NCBI GenBank assembly: GCA_002633005.1
Contig: NMRA01000110.1
Span: 622,448 to 686,447, forward strand
Length of the DNA: 64,000 nt
Origin: Phoronis australis
Taxonomy: Eukaryota > Animalia > Phoronida
Reading direction: 5' to 3'
Shown here: positions 20,761 to 35,116 of the stretch, in pieces
Layout: every line of letters begins with the position of its first letter
Position numbering within the stretch: the first letter of the stretch is position 1
Notes under the pieces: model-generated
Told to the model about the DNA's origin: nothing
Databases searched by the model: none
Seen by the model: the letters and a program-made list of their open reading frames with translations, nothing else
Made by a program: the position numbers and the translations under genes

Positions 20761-23700
20761 TTAAAATTCGTTTAGATGTGTGGCCTGTTCGTAAAATCCA
20801 CTAGTAGCAGCCCTGACTCTTCAATGGTGAGTAAAATTCCATAACAGATCGTATTGATGTTCAACTATAAAATCGATGCGAGCAGTAATTAGATCTGCAA
20901 AGACAAAATGAAACAATAAACGTGTCCAAAAACTATCACCCTGAAACAAAAGACAGTGCAAAGTTAACGTTTCGGAGAATCTTACGCGAGTCTCAGGCTT
21001 GAGACATGGGAAAAACCGCTTGGAAATTTCGTCAAAATCCTGTAGGATTTGTTATATAACATGAACCCTTTTTAATTTTTATTTGACAAGACATCGCAAA
21101 CAATTATTTTCGTAGAGTTACCAATCTTTCTTCTTTGCTTCAGTTTAAGATGAATACGATTCTTTTGTCTAAAAATGTACCTAAAGTTTAGTTGCAACAA
21201 AGCAGTTTTTGCAAAATCCTAATTCTGCCGGCGTTCGCTAGATATCATCGAAATAGAATGGATTTTTAACAGATACGATTTTATTTTAAATTTTTTACAC
21301 GCTTAATTTACATGCATCTATTTATTTCGAACTCCAAATAAACTTCGCATTCTAAGAGATGACCAGTTTTTGAAGGAGTTAGTAGAAACTACATTTTCAC
21401 AATCAATATAATTGAAACGTTGCCTTTTTGAAATATCTAAGTAAAAATCGACTGTCAATAAAAGTATAAAATGTCGGAAGCTATTAGTCGAGACAAATCT
21501 ATTCAAGTCATTCTGGTGGAAATGTCGTTTTTTTGAAATGTACGTTGATAGTCATTTCAAAAGCATTTATCAAACTTCCTGTATTAAACTTTTGATAAAA
21601 TTGCTTGAAACTGGCCAAGGATTTTCCACAACGTTCATCGAGGTTTTTCTTAATCGTGAAGTTACGTTCAGCTTTGATGAACACTTCCTACAAGTTCAAC
21701 TAGACGGACGAGTCAAGTTACTAAATTATCGAAAGCAGAGTTGCACTAACAAAGAGCCTGGAAATGGAAGCTCATGGGTTTCTCAGCAAATAAGATTTTA
21801 AAATCAAGATAAAATACAGCATTAGTTGAAATTTCCTCGGTCATTAAACGGAATTTTTGTATCTTCTCTGTAGTATATGCTCCATTAGCCTAAACATTCG
21901 AAGCTGTGGCAATATCCGGACTTAGTAGGGACCTTTGGCAATTACAATTACCCTTTAGCTACGACTGCCCCTTACTAGGTCACCACTAGTCTGAGGGGCC
22001 CCAGCAGCAACAAAACCGTGTCTCAATTGTCATTGCGCCTGATTGTCACTATCCAACGACTTCCGTCTGAGACATCCTTTGTGACGACGAGACGAGGCAC
22101 CTGTTTCGTGCGAGGCCCTACTAAGCTGCAGCATTTTACACTAATGGATGGCCCATCATCCGGGCACCACAAATTTTAAATAGCCTCAAGCTGTATGAAC
22201 GTGACGAACGTCCCTAATCAACTTGTTATGGTTAATCAGGCACTTAAGACAAATCTAAAATTTTGCACGATTTGTTCATTGAAAGAGAGTATGGCTGAAT
22301 AGGAAGTCTCGTTTACCACCTTTGACCTGCCGGTACTGCCTACAGAGACAAAGCTGTAAACTACACTCTTTCACAGTGCAACGAAAGGTAATTTCAATGA
22401 GATAAAAATAACTCATGGGGTAATTTTCAGTACAGGTGGCGCTGTGTCAAAGAGTAAATTGTGTTGTATACAAAAAATCTTCCGGTTTGTGTAGGCCGTA
22501 CTTCATTCTCGTCTTTGGTAAAGGAGAATTAATTGTAGGTTTGAAATAGAAGCTGATTCGCAAATCTTTTTGTAATGATAGACAAACCGAGGTTTATATT
22601 GTGGTATTATTGCCCACGGTCGCCTAAAACCAGGCCGGTCTTGCTAAGTGGCCAGCGCACTGACATGAAAGTGATGAAGAAAGAATACAGACAATAGGCT
22701 AATTATTTTCATCGTCGTCAAGTTCAAGATTTCTAATGTTTGCCTGTGACTTGCCGACATTGGACCCTTCATGTATCTGTTTTTAGCTCATATCGGCAGT
22801 GGCAGTTTTGCAATATAAATACTAAAAGTTGTGTTTTGTAATTGTGAGAAATGACGTAAAAACAACTTGAACTTGATCATAAACCCCGCATGAGCTGTTG
22901 CAATTAATTTGTGGTTAATTTTCTGTTATGTCATGGATTTTAACATTATTTTCTTGTTGATAATGTATTTTTTCCCTTCCGTTATGTCTCAGAGATTTTC
23001 TCAGTTGAGGCATTGTCACGGTTTGGTTGGCTGGCCTACAGGGGCAGGAAAGCGAGTAGTCAGGGGACATAAATCTTAGTCACTATTGGTGACTGCATGC
23101 AGATGTGAGGATGACCAACGGTCTCGTTAGGGAAGCCTATGGAACTATTAATGACTGCAAACTAGGAAGAACACCACTTTCATTAGTACCAGTCGACAAT
23201 ACGTGCTCGTTTAGTTTTTTGTACGTGATCACTTCAGTGTATTATCTTACTTAGATCCGGTCAGACTTCCTCAAGCGGGTTTTTGACGTAAAACCGGACA
23301 TTATGCTAGTTGTAAATTTATAACATGAAAAAAATACCACGAGATCATTCCAGCTTTTAATAATTGGTTTTCTTCCTTGAGCTAACTCTCGAACTGATGG
23401 TCTTGTCGCCTAAAGACGTACTATACAGAAACAGCGACCGCCAGAGGGCACCATCTGACGGCGAAGCAATAACGCGGGAGAGCTTGTTTTCTGAGATGTA
23501 CATAATTGTTAGTTTTTGAATTTGACTGCAGTTATTTGCGTTAGAAGCATCGGTAGCAAGCGGGTTGGCTCGGATTCCTGCTGTGGTTATAGTTGGTACA
23601 ATGAATCTCGCTTTCCTTGCATCTGCAAGGAGTTGTGTAGGCTGCAACTCGATATCCGAGCACTTTCTTCGATCACACATTTGGAAAATCGCCAGAGCAA

Positions 23701-25077
23701 TATGAGTCATTGCTATGAATAAACGCGCGTGACGCTGTTAGCGCAGACAACGAAGGTATTCGATAGCTGTCGGACGTGTCGACAGAGCTCCCTATTCAGC
23801 GTTAGACGGGAAACTGCCGACACTCGTTTTGTTTCAGTAAGTTTACGCTATCACTAATCTGAAATGAAACTTTGTAAAGATTAAGTTTGAATCATGTTAT
23901 CATCCACGATACTGTTTTAAGCTGCACCGATCTTGAGACTTCTACTTTGGAATTAACTGAGGAACAATGTTGCAGAGGAACGCGTACGCGTTGCCCCCAG
24001 GTGTTGTATAGGCCTATATAGAAATGTTTGTTGAAGAATGCTGTCAAGTTTTTCGAAAAGTAGAATGTTCCTTTCAGAGTTGTATTTTGTGTATAACAAT
24101 GTCTTTTGATAAACGAAGTAAGAGTGTGAATTTCATGTGTTGCGTCTTTCTACATGGGTCATGGTAGGCCCTATTAATTTTGTACTTTAATAAGTAACTA
24201 GTAGGCCTACTTGTGTTAATGTTGTTTTCTTGTCCTATTTTCCTGTACCGATGCATAGTAAACATTTTATTTAGTTGCTTACTTTCTAAGCCTTATTACA
24301 AACTAGCTAGCCTTGGTGTAAAGCTGTTTGTCTTCATAGTGCTAGTTGTCTTGGTGGCTAGACGTAACTTACGTGCAAATTAAAGATATTACACTTCATG
24401 CACTGTTAGGTATTGATTCAAAATGTTCCACTTTTGCATCAGGGACTGTCAAAAAGCAGACTGATTTTTGTGAAATAATCACAGTTGCATCAAATGAAAA
24501 GGAAATGATAATTTAGAAAATAACTATGACAAAGATTTTGAGATTTTATTTGTAGCATTCATATCATACTAAATTTAATCATGTTATGTAATTGATCGCG
24601 TGGTTTTTCTTTGAATGTACTTTCCTTTTGTTCTAAATTTTACAATAAAAGCATAATAACTTGAACTTATTAATGGCAGATTGGTTAAAGTCAGCAACTA
24701 AATTCAATTTAAATTCTGCTTTCAGAAAATATACACTTTCGCTGAGGGTTAAATTTTACAGTTTTACAGATATTTGGCTAAATGTACAGATATGTCAATA
24801 GGGTCCTATATAACCTTAAAATGGTTGTTGTTAAATGTTAATAAGAACGAATACAAACAACAGTCAACGTTTTGCTCTGATAAAAAACCGCAGCCGTTGA
24901 ATTTGCATTAACTTGCCTAGGACTGTTTTAGTCCCACGTACGACGAAGTGAATGACCTTTGATAATGATAAGCCCCAGTTTAATGTCTATCGCTTATCAA
25001 AGGTTAGTTCATTGAAAAACACAGGTATGATGCTGAAATATGTCTTGAGTGATTATAATTATTTTTGTCTACAGGGC

Positions 25078-26676
25078 ATGGCGTCAAACGATCCAGTTGC
25101 CCAGCTGCGTCGACTGGTAGAGTGCCCCGTGTGTTTTGAGCGATCCAGTGATCAGAGGGTTTTGCCATGTCTTCACTCATTCTGCAAAGACTGCTTGAAC
25201 AGTCACATGATAGAACAGGGGCGAAGTGGTGAATTTCCATGTCCGCTGTGCAAAACAAAATTTCCTGTACCAAGAGAACTTGCTAGTGGCTTCAAGCATA
25301 ACTTTTTTCATGCTGGTATCTGTAACATTGTTTCGAATTATGACAGCATGAATAAAATGCATTGTTCAGTTCATGGAGACCGGCTTTTGGAAATTTACTG
25401 TGAACAGTGCAAGGTGGCCATATGTTCACGATGCGCAACTTCACGTCATAATCAACACAAACTGAAAGATTTAGACGTTGCTGCAAAAGACGCCATTGAG
25501 GTGATGCGTGATTTGTTGAAACCTTGGCGAGATGTTACGCAGCACTGGGAAATGTTGCGTGATAAACGACAGCAAGTTGCACAAAGTTATGCCCAGCAAC
25601 AAAATGCTTGTAAGAATGAGATAAAACGTGTATACAGTGATTTCCTGGCAGAGATCACTCGTCAAGTCAGGGTTAATGAAGAGAAAGCTATTGCAGAGTT
25701 GGAAAAACAAGTAGAGGCGGCGAGAAAACAGGCAGAAGGTGCTTGTGATGAGGCTGAACTGAACAGGGCGAAGTTTGCTAGAGTATATGATTATGTAAAT
25801 AATGTTCTTGAGTCATGTCATGACGCTGAGAAACTGCAACAATTCAATGAGATTAAATCACTTCTTGAAAACTTGAATATTGATCAAATCCAGAAGCGGG
25901 TTGAAAAATCAGCCTTTGAAATACAACCTGCCACAATTGAAGTTCCAAATGTAGCTGTGAATATTATGAAAAAAATGGAAGACGAAAATATTTCATCCAA
26001 TTTTTTAGAAAATTTTGCCTCAGTTGTTGCAGTTTCCAGTAAATCACCTGTCCACCGTGTGACCCCTCAACTGACTGTTAAACATGTTCAACTTGAGCGG
26101 AGATTTAGCAGTCTGCTTGAGCGGAGATTTAGCAGTCGGCTTGAGCGGAGATTTGGCAGTCGGCTTGCGCCGAGATTAAGCAGTCAGCTTGAGCGGGTAT
26201 TTAGCACTCTGCTTGAGGGGGAGAGGAGAGGCAGTTGTAATGGGCTGGCAGTTGGTGATGGGGTGGTGGTTGTAACGGACATGAAGAACCACGATGTCAA
26301 TGTATTTAATAGAAACAACTTGTCATTCAAATTCACGTTAAACACCGCCCAGCATCAACTGCAGAACCCTCTTGATGTGACATGTAATAGACTTGGTGAG
26401 ATCTTCATCACCCACCGTGGCATTCAGGGTGTTGTGAAGTATAACGCCAGAGGTCAACAGGTGAAGGTCTACCCAGGTGTGTATAAAGGTGAGGGGTACA
26501 TTACATGTCACACAGACCAGCTGATAGTGGCGGATACACAGGGTGGACGGGTGTTGTACACCGACTTTGATTGTGAGGTACATCATGAAATAGACGCCCG
26601 CTCCCTGGGTCTGAGTGAGTTCTCACCATACTATATATGTGTGGATGAAAACACTGGACATGTGGTGGTGAGCCAG
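25078..26676 (+). CDS. Tripartite-motif (RING - B-box - coiled coil) protein with NHL/beta-propeller repeats; 3' end truncated at assembly join n26677
   Basis: RING CPVC...LPCLHSFCKDCL...CPLC, B-box CSVH...YCEQCKVAICSRC..SRHNQH, coiled coil, then NHL-like repeats (NGLAV..GVVVVTDMKNHDVNVFN; NPLDVTCNRLGEIFIT; QLIVADTQGGRV; PYYICVDENTGHVVVS). Acceptor tttttgtctacag ends at 25074, just before the ATG at 25078. Confidence 0.92.
26092..26220 (+). repeat. In-frame 24-bp coding tandem repeat (5+ units, LERRFSSx)
   Basis: cttgagcggagatttagcagtctg variants encode LERRFSSL/LERRFSSR/LERRFGSR/LAPRLSSQ/LERVFSTL. Confidence 0.9.
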
Positions 26677-29600
26677 NTTGTGAAATAAATGCTTGAAATT
26701 CTTGAAGTCTGTATATAACTTTGTGTGCAGATGACAAAGTAATATTGGACGTATTTTATTTAAAATTTCGAATAAAAGTTTGACAAAAATCAGCATATTT
26801 GTACCTGAAGGTCTCGTGCATTTGAATGATCATTGTAGTTACACTGTAAAATACGTGCGTTTACCTTTTTACAGACCCGTTTTACCTGTGCGTAGTTGTG
26901 CGCGGCGACATTTTATCATCTTAAAACGCACTTTCTCACTTCTGTGTTCGAGTGAAACATGTGTTGTAAAGATTGTGCCCTGTTCTCTATTTTCAATACC
27001 AAAATTCTATTCACGACGTCAATAACATCATATTTCTATGAAATAACTGTGATCATAGTGTTCGTTTTCATTGAAATTGTCGCTCTTGAAATTCTTAATC
27101 AATATTATTGGATACTTGAGATTTTCATCATCATCAAAACAAAATCTATCATTTTCTCCCGGACAAACGCAACGTGGGATTGAGTGGGATGAAATTGTTG
27201 AACTTACAAGCTTTAACAGAGCTATGAAACACAAGATTGATCATTGTATTTCACGATTTAATTAGAAATCTCCAATTACCGCCATTATTTGCCAGACATT
27301 CGCTTGAAATACTCTCCCACGTACTGATGCTGGGATGAAGCGCAGCAAACAAAACGTTTGCCTACGACGTTAGAATTTGTAAAGTTCGATTCCCACCTGA
27401 GGCTGATCTCGGAAAGTGATTCTTCTCGACTATAGTGTTATGTTAGTTGTTCATGTGATTAATTAAAATTTAATCGAAAAAAAAAATGTTTTGATTTCAG
27501 AAACGGCCTTGTATCCTTGCACATGAAGTCACACCTCTAAATCAATGAAAAACTGATTATTCACGCCCTTTATCGATTCATTAAAAACAAACGAATTTTG
27601 AACGTCTGGTGAAGTGTAAAGATAATCTTGATTGACATGCGTACTGCTGACAACAAACAAAATTCACTACCTCTTAACGCACCTTGTGGAATGGGCTTCC
27701 ACAGTGGCGGTGTTGGGAGTTTTTATAGGTGGGCCCAGGTGAGAAAATGTACCCCTCATCTACAATGTTTTTTTGCGGCATATCGTGAATATAATCTGCC
27801 AATATTGTCTGGACAGCTTACACGTTACAACAAGCAAAACACAAGGAATCGATATTTTTTTATCCTCCTCAGAGCCAAAAAGGACGCTTCTGGAAATTTT
27901 TGATTGAACACATTGTGCCACCCACTCTATATCCAATCACATATGGAATAATTGTTTGGACAGTTAGAGTTTGCACAAATTTAAAAATGTAACAAAAAAG
28001 CTATACGAAATTTTAACGAATCACCCAAGCTTACCATCTTATGTTGTCCCATTTCAAACTGGACCCTCTCTCGGCAGTTCGGGGAAATCTCCGTTTATCT
28101 CTCTATACATGTAAGTTCAACACTGCCATTCACAAAGGGAAGCTCAGATTCCAAATTTATCAAAAACACATAACGTTCGTGCAATAAATACTTTGCTTTT
28201 TGACTTAGGTAAAAGAATTGCCATTTAAACAAACAAGCAGGAGATCAAAAAAGGAACCTAGTTATGAAATCACGGCAAACGTATTGCTCACTTAATCAAT
28301 TGTTGGTTTCTGATTTACATTTTTATATATCAGAGGCCCAAGTAGCAAAGTTCACTAAACGTTCTTTGTCAATCTGAAATAAGCCCCACACCGATGAATG
28401 TCGGACAGCTCTACAAAGTGTCCCACAATGTTCTCACAATTCAAATGACAATATAATGTTTATTGACTAAGGAACTAGATTGGTGGTATAAATTTATAAA
28501 CCGTTGATCAAAAAAAATTTAAGTCCTTAAATAAATGAAATGAAATTTATTTCTCGTTAGCTTGGAAAAGTTGTCTTTGGGCTTCCTTGATGTTTTTAGT
28601 TGTGTTGCGCAATGATTTTTTGTTCTTCAAAACCGAATCGTTTGCTTGCTATTCCTGTGCATACTACACAGACGGGGCACTTCATGACTGACGCACCCAC
28701 GTTAAAAATTAGATTTAACTATGCAGTAGGCCCACACAGAATCTCAGTGATCCACGAGAACTGAATTTGAACTCCAGGCGTTGAAATACGAACATTTTTG
28801 GGACACGCTCTGTATCATTTTCCCCAGCCACCAAAAACTGGACTATTGTCCGGTTTTCAAAAAGGGATTTTAAAACAGCCCCAAAGGCACTACACCACGG
28901 ACCTCGGAACATCACCTTTTTAAAAAATCCTTCAAAAATGAAGCTTTCCCGAAACTGGATCACAATAAATGCTATTAGAGCCAGCACAGACGGATACGTA
29001 CGAGCTAGGCTACCTGTCTCACGTGAATCATAGCTGAGCTGACCAGCGACTAACTTCAGTTCATAGAGTTTCGCCCTGTCACTCATTTTTTTTCCATAAA
29101 GTTGATTGTTGAACACAAGTTTGGTCAACAAGGCTTCTAAAATTAAAATAAAACCGATTTTTCTACGTTATACATGGAGAGCAATGACGGTCTTTGATCC
29201 TGGTACATAAATCCCTAAAGCTGCGCATCATACCAACAACCGCTGATCAGGTTTCTCGGGGGATCGCAATTAAATTTCAATATTCGCGTGAAACGGCACG
29301 TAACCACCAATTTAGTGCATATAACATAAAAATGGGTGACGAGGCATTTTAAAGCATTCAGCACTCATACAACTGTTGATAACCTAGTTCACACTAATCT
29401 TTGCATATCAGAGAATGGGGGATAAGGCATTTCAAAGTAGGTGGCACTCATAAAACTGTTAATAACCCAGTTTTCTCCAATCTTATCGTTTCGGTACACG
29501 AACAAGTACGAGTATTCCCATAGTCTGAAATAGGATCTTAACAAAAAGTGCTGAACAAATTCCGAATTTTGACCCTTGCATTTATCTTTTTCACAATTAG

Positions 29601-32556
29601 TGCGTTTACTTCAATTTAAAATATGGAAACGATGAATTCAATTATCATATTGAATTAGGGAAGATAATTATAAATTGATTGCAGACACACAGTAAATATG
29701 TTGAACAAATAAGCTGAATAAATTTCACTCATGAACGAATTAATGTTAATTAAATAACAGTAAATAATATGCTACTGTTGGATGAGTAACTAAACTTTTA
29801 CACAGAATTACAAACATAGATGTCAATGGTGTAATCAAGGTAATGATTGGTTCCCTTACCGATATTACAAACAAATCATTTATTGTGTTCGTTTGGTATT
29901 ACGTCGTGTTAACATGGTGTTGGGGGCGAATTTCTGTTTTTGTAATATTAAGACTACGCTGTACAGATATCGAGAGCCAAAATAGACGAGGCAATATTAA
30001 TGGTCTAACTTTTGAAGACAATTTCCACCCCGGCCAATCCAGGACCGTCAACGCCTGGAAGGCGATGGAGAACGAAATTTGTTGCGAGAAGCGAAGCCAG
30101 GCAAGGTGAGTAAATTTGATGAGTTTTCGTTGTTTTTACTTCCAATGTGAGAACAGAGACATGAGTTCAAGGCGTAACATAATGAGGAAGGAAAGGTAGA
30201 GGTTTACATCAAGCACTATTTTAGTTTCAGATATTTTCATCAATTAATTTATTTTCTTTTTAGGAAACAAGTTCACTGTTATTGGTGTGAGGCGATCTTC
30301 AACGAACACGTTAATCACGGCGTGAACGCACACCCTGCCGGACATATACTTTTAGACGAAACCAATGGGTTCTAAACTAAGACTCACTCAGCAATTGTTC
30401 CATGTGGCGCGTGAGCCAGGAGTAAACAAAGTGTTGCTGCATATGAAAGCGAGTGTCGAATCTTCTTACAAAATTTAATTGTGGCAGCAAAGGAAAAAAA
30501 CAAATACGTTAGTGAAGTCAAAGAATGATGATGAGCTGCCCATGGGGGGGAGTGGGAGAGTAGTGACTCAAAGATTGCCCCTCATGAACGTCTGGGATTT
30601 AAAAAATTGCCAGAAGTTGTGTTAGCTATTTTGCTAATAAAATGGGTGGGATTTCGTTTGATGTTTTACTGATATTATCGATGCATAAATGAACAGATTG
30701 AGTTGTGGCACTGGTGTGGCTTGGATATACAACGTATGGTACATTTTGTTTGACTCTTCTGTTCTGTTCAGTTCATGATCTCCAGTTTAATGTGACATTG
30801 AAAAAAAGTGAGACGCGTAATAATACACCTACTATGTTGTGATTTTCTCAAAAACTTAGTTAAAATGTTGTCTTTAACATCACTTCAAGACACCATGTAG
30901 TGATTACACAGGAAATCAACAACAAAATTAAAGCAATTCTATAATAGTTAATCTTTTATCACACATACCTCAAAATTGGTCATACAGAAAAAAGATGTGA
31001 AATATTGCTTTAGGGAAATCAAGATTACAAATCCATTGCACATTTCCTGCGAGTTATTTTTGAAATGTTTTATACTAAATAATCACTGAATCATAAAAAA
31101 TCGGACTGGTTGATAGTATAAAGTTCTCTCACATGGATCAACAACAATATCAAAGCAATTTCTACAATAATCGCAGACATATAGTTTTCCTTTAAAAAAC
31201 TAATTGGTTATAACAATTGTATGTAAGTATCACCCAATGATATATAGTGTGGCCATTTGAATATGTCCAAACACTATAAAGATGCATTGGTTCTCTCTGT
31301 TGAAATAACACAAATACAAAAAGAAACTTCAGGAAAAAAGGATCACAACAAAACGTCAAAATACTATCACATCAGACAACTACCAACCATAAACTCTGTA
31401 AATCTGAATAAAGTTTAGCGACTTAACAATTTTGACTACTTGACTTAATGATTTCCTTCATGTCGATTCTGGTTCTCATGCCTGTGGAAGAGGGCAAGAA
31501 AAAGAAGTGTACTCAGGCTCACTCTTTCTGTGAAACATTGATCGCAGATAAGACACTGAATCAACTTGATTCCCGAGCACTATGCTTCATGTTGTGTTTT
31601 CTTATGTAGGTAAAAAAATCTTGCCCCATGCAACACGTCAATCACAGGGGTGGTAAAGGTTTTGCTTGCTGCTGAGTGTCACTGTGTTTTATTGTCAAGT
31701 GGTTATACAAAGGTTTCTTCCTGAACGAAGCTCCACAACATGATATATGATTTGTAACATGCAGCAGTTGTTGAAGGACTCGTCGTGTGGCTACAGTTCA
31801 ACTGAAGAATCAAACGCAATTAATCATATTTGTTAGGCTAACTCTCACACAGAAATCATGAAAAACGATGAAAGTATAATGAACAATCGTCCTGTCAACT
31901 AATTCATTGTCCGTATTATTCTACAATTATTGATATAACACCGTGACTTGAACGATTATTTAGGAAAATGCAAATGCCAGGTTCAACAACGATTTCAATT
32001 AATTTGAATCCTTATCCATATTGCCATTGTTATCAATATCAAATCGTAGTTAAATTGAATGTACATATATATTCTTAATTTCTAACGTACAGTTTCTTTG
32101 ACGTAATCTTTTTGAGGAATGAGCATCGGTAGGTTTTACTCTAGTGTTCCGCGTATAATCGACTACATGTACGTCTTACCCGATGAAGGTGTATTTTCAT
32201 ATCCCAACACATGTATAAGCGTTGTCTGACATAAAGTTGGTAATTCTGACTGATGCAACCGGGCAAACTGAATTACTAATTTTTCGCGGCTTGACACGTT
32301 GCACATGTGAGCAACTTTACATTCATTCCCATGTATTCTATCCGAATTTGTCTCCACGTGAGTTTAGTTTTTTAGGCTATTATCCGAACAAGAAAAACAA
32401 ATACTTGAGCACGACATCTAATATGAGTAACTTAAAGGTATATTTCGCTCATTTTATCTTTAATTGCTTTTTTCGCAAAAGTGAAAATTAAACCTACATT
32501 ACGTTCGCTTTTAGGTAATTGTTTTACATGTATGAGCATTTGAGTAGAGGCCACGC

Positions 32557-32897
32557 GTTATGACTATGCCACGGGCCCCGCGCTATGACTATGCCACGGG
32601 CCCCACGCTATGATTATGCCACGGGTCCCGCAGTGGCTATGCCACGTGCCCCGCGCTATGACTATGCCACGGACCCCGCGCTATGACTATGCCACGCGCT
32701 ATGACTATGCCACGTGCCCGCGCTATGACTATGCCACGGGCCCCGCGCTATGACTATGCCACGGGCCCCGCGATATGTCTATGTCACGGGCCCCGCGCTA
32801 TGACTATGCCACGGGCCCTGCGCTATGATTATGCCACGGGCCCCGCGCTATGACTATGCCACGGGCCCCGCGCTATGACTATGCTACGGGCGCCGCA
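32557..32897. repeat. GC-rich 25-bp minisatellite (~13 units)
   Basis: Unit tatgactatgccacgggccccgcgc in direct tandem without spacers. Confidence 0.95.
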
Positions 32898-34217
32898 GTG
32901 ATAGCTGAATCCACCAATACATCAGCTGGAAAGAAATATCTTTCATGTTGAACAGGTAATCAGCTGAGATTGAAGTCCTATCAGGAATGAACCACGGGGC
33001 TTTTTGATCTTTGTACTGGTGTCATCATAGATAAAAAATTAATCTATGGTGTCGTGTTGGTGCCGATCACGAGTTATCAGCCTTGTGACAAGAACAATGT
33101 TCACTGTACAAATCGTGGAAAGATATGCACTGTGGTTTAACCAATGACAGCGCGCATTTGTAACAGTAGACACGTCACTTTCATTTCAAAGTTCGCGGAA
33201 AGATAAAGGAAACTTCAGAATGGTTTTAAAATAATAAATTACATTATTATCTAGTTGGCAATGACTAGATACAGCGAAAATGTGACTGCAGGAATGTAAA
33301 AGACCACCAGAGCGTTTTATCAGATAAAAGCGTCAGTTCTTCGATATATCTAGACCTTAATATCCCTCCAAGTCGAGCCAACCTGTCGAACGCGGTCTCA
33401 AGAAACTGTACATGTACATTCTTCCCAAGAAGCTCAGAAATCAATTTTAATTTCAGTTGAGTCAGTATATAACAGTGGGCAATCTGTATCGAGTTTTTTA
33501 GAAGACAGATTGTTGAACTGAAGTACTGCAATTTTGCAGATTCACAAAAATTTGGTAATAAACGTTAACCAAGGGGAATTGTTTGATTCTTGCACTGTAT
33601 TTCAAAACACTTCTGGGTACAAACTGGGACACTTCTTTAGACTCCACTTGGTGGGGACTGCATTGTAAACTTACGTACTCCCGTTTAGTCAGTAGTCCAG
33701 GCGAAACCGGTTTTCATATTCTTGACATCAATTTTACTTTTGTAAAGCGACATGTTCGTTCTTTTTTGTTATGTCACAAGGCAATCGCCTGCTGAGTGAA
33801 TACACATCAAAACTGTTGTCAAGAAATAAAAAACACATCTCAGCGTTTTGGCTACCATACTTCTTCTGCATAACAAGGATTCTACACTAACCTTTAACGA
33901 GGAATTCAACTTCAGAAGCCAAACACGAGCAGTTTCTGTCCCTGATATTTCAATTCATATCGGTCAGTATTTTAGTGCCCTCCATACATCTTTAATTTAA
34001 TAATTTCTCTATACCACACAATAGTTGCTTAGAACAACTTTTGAGATATCACAGGCAGGCGGCGACACCTAGTGATGAAGAGAAGCAATGACGAACTTCA
34101 ACAACCATAAGATGTCCATATAGTCTGAAAAGTTTGTTTGAATCCGATTATCTATTTCTGAATGAAATGTTCCGAACCATGATAAGTGAATTGTGGACAT
34201 TTTCATGAAGTTACTGG

Positions 34218-34370
34218 CAGTGGCGGATTAAGGGGGGGGGGGCAAGGGGGCCATGGCTCCCCATAAAATTCTCCAAGATTCCATTCGCCAGTTCGGAAAG
34301 TCTGACGGACAAAATCCTGGCTGATACTCTGCCCTGCCAACCCTAACTCAAAATCCTAAATCCGCCCCTG
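34218..34370. mobile_element. MITE, CAGTGGCGGAT family, 5-bp TSD (actgg)
   Basis: CAGTGGCGGATT...AATCCGCCCCTG with actgg at 34213-34217 and 34371-34375. Confidence 0.85.
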
Positions 34371-34952
34371 ACTGGTTACCTATATGGAAATGATTCTGAG
34401 CTGGCCGCCACATTGCCTGTATGGGGAAAAGTAGTACCAATCTAAATCGGCTAAATACGGCTATGTTATTATAGATAGTCTGTCCCGTGTAGACAGCGCG
34501 TACACTGTAGTCGGCCAACATTCCTGGGCAAACGGCTGGTCTTGGTGCACAGGATGACTTGCAATTTCACGCCCGTTGTTCTCTGAAATCTATTACATAT
34601 TATTTTTAAAATGTTTCACTTTTGCATAAGAATGGAAATAGATTATTTAGACAACTACAGCACGGTTTAACATTGATATCAAAGGCAAAATAACCATGTC
34701 ATTATGTATTAGTACATCACATTACAACAGCGATTTTTGCGTCTGCGATTAATAAATAAATAAGAATGGATAAATAAATGAGTAGATAAATAAGAATAAG
34801 TAAATAAATTGAAGTAACATTCAAACAAGTTCTCGTCCATGTCCGTAACTACCAGGTTTTTCTAGTACGTTATGGTGCGACGGGTGTAAAATAAAAAGTA
34901 CTCAAGTTCCTTGGGTAGCATACATGTAGGTAATGAAAGGGCGTAGCACTAA

Positions 34953-35116
34953 CATTGATGGGTGATGTGGGACGTGGCACTCACATTGATGGGTGATGTG
35001 GGACGTGGCACTCACATTGATGGGTGATGTGGGACGTGGCACTCACATTGATGGGTGATGTGGGACGTGGCACTCACGTTGATGGGTGATGCGGGGCGTG
35101 GCGCTCACATTGATGG
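34953..35116. repeat. 31-bp minisatellite, 5 units
   Basis: Unit cattgatgggtgatgtgggacgtggcactca. Confidence 0.95.

Noticed and set aside
24952-25077. N-terminal extension of the TRIM ORF in the ORF track
   Set aside because: Lies upstream of a clear splice acceptor (ends 25074). The ATG at 25078 places the RING at the usual N-terminal position.
32557-32897. CRISPR-like array
   Set aside because: Head-to-tail 25-bp units with no unique spacers, eukaryotic context and no cas genes. The same applies to the arrays at 34953, 44883, 54984 and 58722.
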